Of a DNA stretch of 64,000 nucleotides, positions 58,321 to 64,000 are shown one piece after another. The position numbers and the translations under genes were made by a program. The stretch covers positions 26,580-90,579 of IMG/VR virus record IMGVR_UViG_3300037504_001229. The stretch is one strand, 5' to 3'. The DNA is from a virus. Every line of letters starts with the position of its first letter. Position 1 is the stretch's first letter. The notes under the pieces were generated by a model that was given only the letters and a program-made list of their open reading frames with translations, was not told where the DNA came from and searched no databases.

Positions 58321-59487
58321 ATGTTTACGCTAGATAAGAGACCACAAGTATTAGCAGAAGTAATTGGAAATAAAAGTACTATTCAAGAAATTAAAAATAG
58401 AAGTGCAGATATTAACTTTAGTCCTTATAATATCTTTTATGGACCTACAGGAACAGGAAAAAGTACTGTAGTATTTATTATGGCCAAACTCCTTAACTGT
58501 AAGAGTCCTGTTAAAAATGAAGAGGGCTATTATGACCCATGTAATAAATGTGAAGCTTGTATAGATATTATTGAGGGAGGATACAATAGAGATATACATT
58601 ATCTTGATGCTTCTAAAATGGGCAAAGAAGAAGTTAATAAACTTGGTCAACTTATTTCTAGATATGCAATGTTTGATAAAAATAAGATAGTTATTATCGA
58701 CGAAGCTCACCTTCTTGCATCTAAAGAAGCAAAAGCAGCTATGCTTCTCATAACAGAAAGAATAAGAAAAAATGCATATTTGTTTATGTGTACTACTCAA
58801 CCAAAAAAGATTCCTAAAGACTTAATGAGTAGATTTGAACAATATAAATTTAAAAAACCTCCTATTCAAGAAATTGTAGCTCATCTTTTAGATTTTCTTA
58901 ATAAAAATGAAGATGTTATGGAAAAAATTCCAGACGGTTCAGGATTTGATGAGGAAGCTCTTACATCTATCGCTTACAACTCTAATGGATCAGTTAGGCA
59001 GGCTCTACGGATACTTGAACGATGTATCTATTCAGGATCTTTTTCGAAAGAACAGATTAGAAGTGAACTTGGATTCTTAGATGAGGCAGTACAAAAAGAT
59101 GCTTTATTTGCTTTACTTCAATGTGATAATAGTTTTTTCCGTTATTTTTATGAAGCAAAAGAGGAGAATAACTTAGAAGATCTTTTTACTTATATGTTAT
59201 TTCTAACCAATAAAGCCCTTATATATAAGCTTACAAAAGACTCAGGAGTAGAAGTAATACAAGAATGGGAAAATAACTATTATAACTTAGAATGGATTAT
59301 TAAGCAGGAAACACTTCAACCTTTACATGATATTCTTCTTAAAATAGAAGATAAAAGAAATGGATTTTATTTTAGCTCTTCTTATTTTTTAAGTCTTATT
59401 GTTTCTTATATAAATAAATATAATATACCAAAACTTCATAAATTAAAGGAAGAAGAAAAACCAAAAAGGAGAAAACCAGTAAGTTAA
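58321..59487 (+). CDS. dnaX: clamp loader ATPase (DnaX gamma/tau-like)
   Basis: RPQ, GPTGTGKS, LNC..PCNKCEAC, IIDEAH, SR, GSVRQAL. Confidence 0.85.
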   Translation: MFTLDKRPQVLAEVIGNKSTIQEIKNRSADINFSPYNIFYGPTGTGKSTVVFIMAKLLNCKSPVKNEEGYYDPCNKCEACIDIIEGGYNRDIHYLDASKMGKEEVNKLGQLISRYAMFDKNKIVIIDEAHLLASKEAKAAMLLITERIRKNAYLFMCTTQPKKIPKDLMSRFEQYKFKKPPIQEIVAHLLDFLNKNEDVMEKIPDGSGFDEEALTSIAYNSNGSVRQALRILERCIYSGSFSKEQIRSELGFLDEAVQKDALFALLQCDNSFFRYFYEAKEENNLEDLFTYMLFLTNKALIYKLTKDSGVEVIQEWENNYYNLEWIIKQETLQPLHDILLKIEDKRNGFYFSSSYFLSLIVSYINKYNIPKLHKLKEEEKPKRRKPVS

Positions 59488-59488
59488 A

Positions 59489-60487
59489 ATGACTCCTAAA
59501 GAAATAATGGATCTTATTAATCAAACAGGACTCAAATATACCGATCATGGAGACTATATAAAGTTCAGGTGTATTAATCCGGGGCATACTGATAAAAACC
59601 CTTCTATGACAATGTTAAAGGTAAATGGGTATGCAAGATGTTGGGCATGTGGAATAAGTTATTCTTTTGCTCAATTATACGAAAAACTAACGGGAAAAAA
59701 AATACAAACTAAACAATCTCCTTTTTATCTAGGACTTACTGATATTATGGATTATTATCATGGGAGTTTATTTAAACAAAGAAAACAAGTAAAGTATAGA
59801 GCAGAAAAAGGAGAACTATATAATCCTAAAATAAGTCCTACAGTAATGAAATATCTTTCCTCAATATATGTAGACGAAGAAACAATAGAATATTTTGATA
59901 TTAAATTTACAAATAAAATAAGAATAGGATTTAATCCTAATCAAGATACTACATTTATTAAAGATAGAATATGTATTCCTATAGTAGAAAATAGTGAACT
60001 TGTAAATATGGAGTGTAGAGACTTCACTGATGCTCAAGTATTAAAAGTTATTTATCCAAAGGGATCTAAAGCAGACGTTCTCTTTAACTGCGATAGTTTG
60101 AGTAGGAAAGAGCCTTTAATAGTAGTAGAAGGTATTAAAAGCGCTTTAAGAATATGGAGATATATATCAAGGAATGTAACAGCTACTCTTGGTAGTGCGA
60201 TAGGACGAGAACAAAGAGAGAAACTAAATACTTTTAAAGATGTTATTCTTTTTCCTGATAACGATAGAGCGGGAAAGGAAATGATAGAACAGTTCGAAAC
60301 TTTTTACGAAGGAGACTATCAGTATACATTTATGAAGGAGGAAGGGTATGATCCAGCAGATGGAACATTGAGAGATCTTAGAGAAGCCCTAGAGAATCTT
60401 CAACCCTCTACTCGATATCGTGTAAAAGAAGTTGTTCCAGAACTTTACAAAAAAAATACTAAAGTTTCTTGGGAAAGTTGCCAATAA
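59489..60487 (+). CDS. DNA primase (Zn finger + TOPRIM)
   Basis: CINPGH.DKNPS..CWACG, VVEG, FPDNDRAG, DP. Confidence 0.88.
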   Translation: MTPKEIMDLINQTGLKYTDHGDYIKFRCINPGHTDKNPSMTMLKVNGYARCWACGISYSFAQLYEKLTGKKIQTKQSPFYLGLTDIMDYYHGSLFKQRKQVKYRAEKGELYNPKISPTVMKYLSSIYVDEETIEYFDIKFTNKIRIGFNPNQDTTFIKDRICIPIVENSELVNMECRDFTDAQVLKVIYPKGSKADVLFNCDSLSRKEPLIVVEGIKSALRIWRYISRNVTATLGSAIGREQREKLNTFKDVILFPDNDRAGKEMIEQFETFYEGDYQYTFMKEEGYDPADGTLRDLREALENLQPSTRYRVKEVVPELYKKNTKVSWESCQ

Positions 60488-60618
60488 TATAAATATAAGG
60501 AGGTTAGAAAATGAAAAGGAATAAATGGAATTTAACTTGGTTGGAAATAGTATTTTGTTCCACTATTATGATTCTTTGTTTAGTATTTTTAAGGGTATGT
60601 TTTTAAAGGAGGAAGAAA

Positions 60619-61128
60619 ATGAATTGGATAGAAAAACTTATAGCTTTTTTAATATGTATCACATCTATAGCTTTTATAACATTCGTTGCAATAAAATTTA
60701 GATGGATATTATCTAATATAGAATATATATCTGCCTATGTAAAAGAATATATAATCAGTATTTTAGCAGTGAAAGAAAAAGAATATAATAAATACAAAGA
60801 AAAACTAGTAAGGGAAGTTAAGTTATCTTGTGCAATATATTCTCTAGTTGTCGAAGAGGAATCTGTTTATAATAAGTACCAAAAAGAAAAGGTTGAAGAA
60901 TTTGATAAAAAACTACAGCAAAAAATAAAAGACCTAGAGTTTGAAAAATATCCACCTATGGTAGACGAGGAATATAAAAAAGTAGTTAAAACACCTTTAT
61001 TAAAAATATACGCTAAAACTATATTTGGAAATGTAAAAAGTTTTGATGAGTTTATTAATAAAGAACATTTTGATTTCATTAAAGACCAAACAGAAAAAAA
61101 TAGGAGTATAGTAAATGATCAATGTTAG
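60619..61128 (+). CDS. hypothetical membrane-anchored protein
   Basis: N-terminal hydrophobic helix. Confidence 0.6.
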   Translation: MNWIEKLIAFLICITSIAFITFVAIKFRWILSNIEYISAYVKEYIISILAVKEKEYNKYKEKLVREVKLSCAIYSLVVEEESVYNKYQKEKVEEFDKKLQQKIKDLEFEKYPPMVDEEYKKVVKTPLLKIYAKTIFGNVKSFDEFINKEHFDFIKDQTEKNRSIVNDQC

Positions 61129-61579
61129 ATTTAAAAAGTTAAAAGAATGTGCTACTATTCCAACTCAAAGTAATCCTACAGATGCAGGAATAGATTTTTA
61201 TAGTGCAGAAGAAAAGGAAATATATCCAGGGAAAAAAGCTCTAGTATCTACAGGAGTAGCATGGGAACCAGAATTTGATCAAATGTTACTTGATAATAGA
61301 ATAGACAATTGGTTTAAGGTTTACATGAAACTTTTTAGTAGAAGTGGATATGCTTCTAAGTACGGTATTGAAGTTGGGGCTGGAGTTATTGATCAAGAAT
61401 ATAGAGGAGAAATAAAAGTTCTTCTTTATAACTTTGGAAAAAAATCTTTATTTATTAACAAAGGATCAAAGATAGCTCAAGGAATAGTATATGTTGTTCC
61501 TAATATAAAGATATTTGAAACAGATGATCTGACTATGACAGTTAGAAATACTAATGGATTCGGAAGTTCAGGAGGATGA
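61115..61579 (+). CDS. dut: dUTPase (trimeric)
   Basis: DAGIDF, SRSG, GVIDQEYRGEI, IAQ, RNTNGFGSSG. Confidence 0.95.
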   Translation: MINVRFKKLKECATIPTQSNPTDAGIDFYSAEEKEIYPGKKALVSTGVAWEPEFDQMLLDNRIDNWFKVYMKLFSRSGYASKYGIEVGAGVIDQEYRGEIKVLLYNFGKKSLFINKGSKIAQGIVYVVPNIKIFETDDLTMTVRNTNGFGSSGG

Positions 61580-61757
61580 CATAGTGGGAAAACAAGTTAG
61601 TAAGAATGCAAGAAAAGAGTCTAGATCTGATAAAATACATTGTGCTTGTGGTGGAGAGATTAAAATGATAACACGATTTATAAACGGTAAAAAGAAACAC
61701 TTAGCACAATGTCAATCATGTAAAAAAGAATCAAGAAAACCTAAAGATTTACTTTAA
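61554..61757 (+). CDS. small Zn-ribbon protein
   Basis: CACGG...CQSC. Confidence 0.5.
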   Translation: MDSEVQEDDIVGKQVSKNARKESRSDKIHCACGGEIKMITRFINGKKKHLAQCQSCKKESRKPKDLL

Positions 61758-61781
61758 ATTTAGAGTAAAAAAGTATATAAT
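61750..61781 (+). promoter_or_regulatory. repeated phage promoter, class A
   Basis: TTTAAA(61753)-17-TATAAT(61776). Confidence 0.75.
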
Positions 61782-61805
61782 AAGTATATATAAGGAAGGA
61801 AGAAA

Positions 61806-62159
61806 ATGTTAGTATGTTATAAGTTTATGGTAATGGGAGGTTTAGGAGTAATAATATTTTTTCTAACTATAGTTATATTAAATGACAATAATATTTCAAA
61901 ACGTTGGATAAATGCATTACTTGTTATCGCTATTTTAGGATCTTTTATATTTTTTATATATGGGGTGGTTAGTGAAAGAAAATATCAAGTAAAATATATA
62001 AATAACTATTTTCAAACTAATTATGACACAAAAGATTTTAAAAAAGAGGATATAGATAAACTATACGAAAAAATAAAAAAGAAAATAAAAGAAAAAGAAC
62101 AACTTCTTAAAAATCAAAACGCTAAGGAAATAAATAATTTGATAGAGGAGAAAATGTAG
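61806..62159 (+). CDS. hypothetical membrane protein
   Basis: two predicted TM segments. Confidence 0.6.
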   Translation: MLVCYKFMVMGGLGVIIFFLTIVILNDNNISKRWINALLVIAILGSFIFFIYGVVSERKYQVKYINNYFQTNYDTKDFKKEDIDKLYEKIKKKIKEKEQLLKNQNAKEINNLIEEKM

Positions 62160-62428
62160 TGTGCTCAAAGTGTAATAGTGAAAATATTTTAGTTTATTGG
62201 GATGTTAATGGTAAAACAAAATATATGTGTCATAATTGTAAACATACCTGGGAGGAATAAATTAATGATAACTGATCGTCAAAAACTTAAAGCTTTACTT
62301 GAAATCATGAATGGTAAAGACAATGTTTATAGCAAAGGAAAGAGTCTTATTGTTTGTGATAAAGAAAAATGGATGTTTAACAATGAAGAGGAACTTACAA
62401 ATATAGTTAAGTTTAAGGAATAAGAATT

Positions 62429-62686
62429 ATGGATAAGGCAGAATTAAATAAAGAAATAGCAAAGTATTTCGGATGGAACGAATTTCCAGATCGTTATAAT
62501 TATTTTAACGGACGATCACAATGGAAGGGTCCTGTTGAGGGTCCTACCAAACAGTACTCACAACCAAACTTTGTAATACCTGACTTTTTACAAATACTGG
62601 ATAATTCATTAAGATTTTTAACTGAAAATGTAGATGGAGTGTTACCAACAGGTGAACCAGATTGTTGGAAAAATGAATACTATTAA
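62429..62686 (+). CDS. hypothetical protein
   Basis: ORF packed within operon. Confidence 0.55.
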   Translation: MDKAELNKEIAKYFGWNEFPDRYNYFNGRSQWKGPVEGPTKQYSQPNFVIPDFLQILDNSLRFLTENVDGVLPTGEPDCWKNEYY

Positions 62687-62801
62687 TTTTGTTGATTACC
62701 GCAGACGGGCGGGAAACTGACCGGCTGATCACCGGGAAAGAATTGTAAGGGCGGGAAGAACGCTACCCCTGCCCCGATGCGGTTTATTTTAGGAGGTAAA
62801 T

Positions 62802-63773
62802 ATGATTATTGACAAAGATTTTGCTGGGTTGGTGGACTGTGGAAACTATTATAAGTATGACGGCGATATTGTCACGACTGGCATACTAGATATACGAGTG
62901 CCGTTGTTTGTAACGGGGTTGATAAAAGCTGGCAAATGGATACAAGCTAGAGAGTGGATAAACGCTGGCAAATGGATAGAAGCTAGAGAGTGGATACAAG
63001 CTAGAGAGTGGATAGAAGCTGGCGTGTCGATAAAAGCTGGCGGGCAGATAGAAGCTGGCAAATGGATAGAAGCTGGCGGGCAGATAGAAGCTAGAGAGTG
63101 GATAAACGCTGACGAGTGGATAGAAGCTGGCGTGTCGATAAAAGCTGGCGGGCAGATAGAAGCTGGCAAATGGATAGAAGCTGGCGGGCAGATAGAAGCT
63201 AGAGAGTGGATAAACGCTGACGAGTGGATAAAAGCTATCGAGTGGATAAAAGCTGGCCTGTGGATAAACGCTGGCGGACGGATAGAAGCTAGAGAGTGGA
63301 TAGAAGCTGGCGTGTCGATAAAAGCTGGCGGACGGATAGAAGCTAGAGAGTGGATAGAAGCTGTCGAGTGGATACAAGCTATCGAGTGGATAAAAGCTGG
63401 CGAGTGGATAAAAGCTGGCAAATGGATACAAGCTAGAGAGTGGATAAAAGCTGGCCGGTGGATAGAAGCTAGCGAGTCGATAGAAGCTAGCGAGTGGATA
63501 CAAGCTGGCGAGTCGATAAAAGCTGGCCTGTGGATAAACGCTGGCGGGCGGATAAACGCTGGCGGGCAGATAGAAATGTACGGCATAAGAACTAAAACAC
63601 TAAAAATAATAACTGGCATGGTGCATGTCATCTGGATTTTGGATACACACATAAAAATAGGTTGTGAGATGCAAACTAAAGAAGCGTGGGCACAGATTAC
63701 CAAGGAGCAAGCAAAAGAGATGGGAGACGATGGCAGTATTTGGGCGATACGAGACGCTTTGCTGTTGATGTAG
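62802..63773 (+). CDS. hexapeptide-repeat (beta-helix-like) protein
   Basis: more than 30 copies of x-I-[EKQN]-A-x-x (18-bp DNA repeat); C-terminal IKIGCE..W; AGGAGG RBS. Confidence 0.8.
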   Translation: MIIDKDFAGLVDCGNYYKYDGDIVTTGILDIRVPLFVTGLIKAGKWIQAREWINAGKWIEAREWIQAREWIEAGVSIKAGGQIEAGKWIEAGGQIEAREWINADEWIEAGVSIKAGGQIEAGKWIEAGGQIEAREWINADEWIKAIEWIKAGLWINAGGRIEAREWIEAGVSIKAGGRIEAREWIEAVEWIQAIEWIKAGEWIKAGKWIQAREWIKAGRWIEASESIEASEWIQAGESIKAGLWINAGGRINAGGQIEMYGIRTKTLKIITGMVHVIWILDTHIKIGCEMQTKEAWAQITKEQAKEMGDDGSIWAIRDALLLM

Positions 63774-63784
63774 GAGGTAGATAG

Positions 63785-64000
63785 ATGGATATAGAGGAAG
63801 CGTTTGATAAGTTATGGCAATATGGCTCCGAGCTTATGGCGAGTATGTGTAATGGTGATATCAAAATTTTTGCTAAATGGTTTTACGATGCAGGTTACAA
63901 AGCCGGAGCCGAGGCGATGAAAGCAGAAAACGCCCGGCTGAAAGAGACGATTAAAAATCTTAAAAGCAATATAACAAAACTAAAGGGGCCGGAAATTGCA
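63785..64000 (+). CDS. hypothetical protein, 3'-truncated by window edge
   Basis: AGGAGG RBS; MDIEEAFDKLWQYG... open to the end. Confidence 0.6.
   Translation, partial: MDIEEAFDKLWQYGSELMASMCNGDIKIFAKWFYDAGYKAGAEAMKAENARLKETIKNLKSNITKLKGPEIA

Noticed and set aside
11944-61079. Numerous short minus-strand ORFs in the track
   Set aside because: They overlap well-supported + strand genes or tRNAs and have low-complexity F/I/S-rich composition typical of antisense frames.
3546-61579. Uracil- or hmU-substituted genome
   Set aside because: UDG, dUTPase and a ThyX-like gene point to ordinary thymine DNA.
62920-63575. 18-bp tandem repeats as a CRISPR array or DGR template
   Set aside because: No unique spacers, repeats are in-frame coding hexapeptides, and no cas or reverse transcriptase gene is in the window.
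62849-63703. Long minus-strand ORFs (284 aa and 205 aa)
   Set aside because: Antisense shadows of the repeat gene; the + ORF has the RBS and plausible termini.
1-64000. Stop-codon reassignment as in some large phages
   Set aside because: Conserved genes are full length in the standard code and end in TAA, TAG and TGA; no suppressor tRNA seen.

Overview
AT-rich segment of a large lytic dsDNA phage (tailed-phage gene content; standard genetic code; essentially all genes on the + strand). From left to right: (1) DNA metabolism genes (5'-3' exonuclease, SNF2 helicase, Nudix, family-4 UDG); (2) a 7-deazaguanine DNA-modification operon (queD, queE, folE, QueD-like/DpdL-type protein, radical SAM-SPASM, GT-B glycosyltransferase, DpdA/TGT-fold transglycosylase; no queC in window), then a DHH phosphoesterase and a family A DNA polymerase; (3) a sigma factor-like gene, M23 peptidase and SLT; (4) an ~11 kb nonulosonic-acid glycan island (NeuB, NeuA-KdsC fusion, GT29-like, Maf-like, GT8, pyruvyl-, sulfo- and methyltransferases); (5) RNA ligase, ThyX-like and accessory genes, including a DIP1984-family gene followed by a ~205 nt structured non-coding RNA candidate; (6) terminase large subunit, DnaC-like loader and DnaB helicase; (7) a cluster of 13 apparently intact tRNAs, one chimeric pseudo-tRNA, an 81-nt tmRNA tRNA-like domain with no mRNA domain, and several other structured RNAs; (8) peptide deformylase, repair and nucleotide genes, rIIA/rIIB, clamp loader, primase and dUTPase; (9) a GC-richer right end with a hexapeptide-repeat gene. 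Repeated phage promoter motifs are visible. All protein calls come from motif recognition by eye; no database searches were run.
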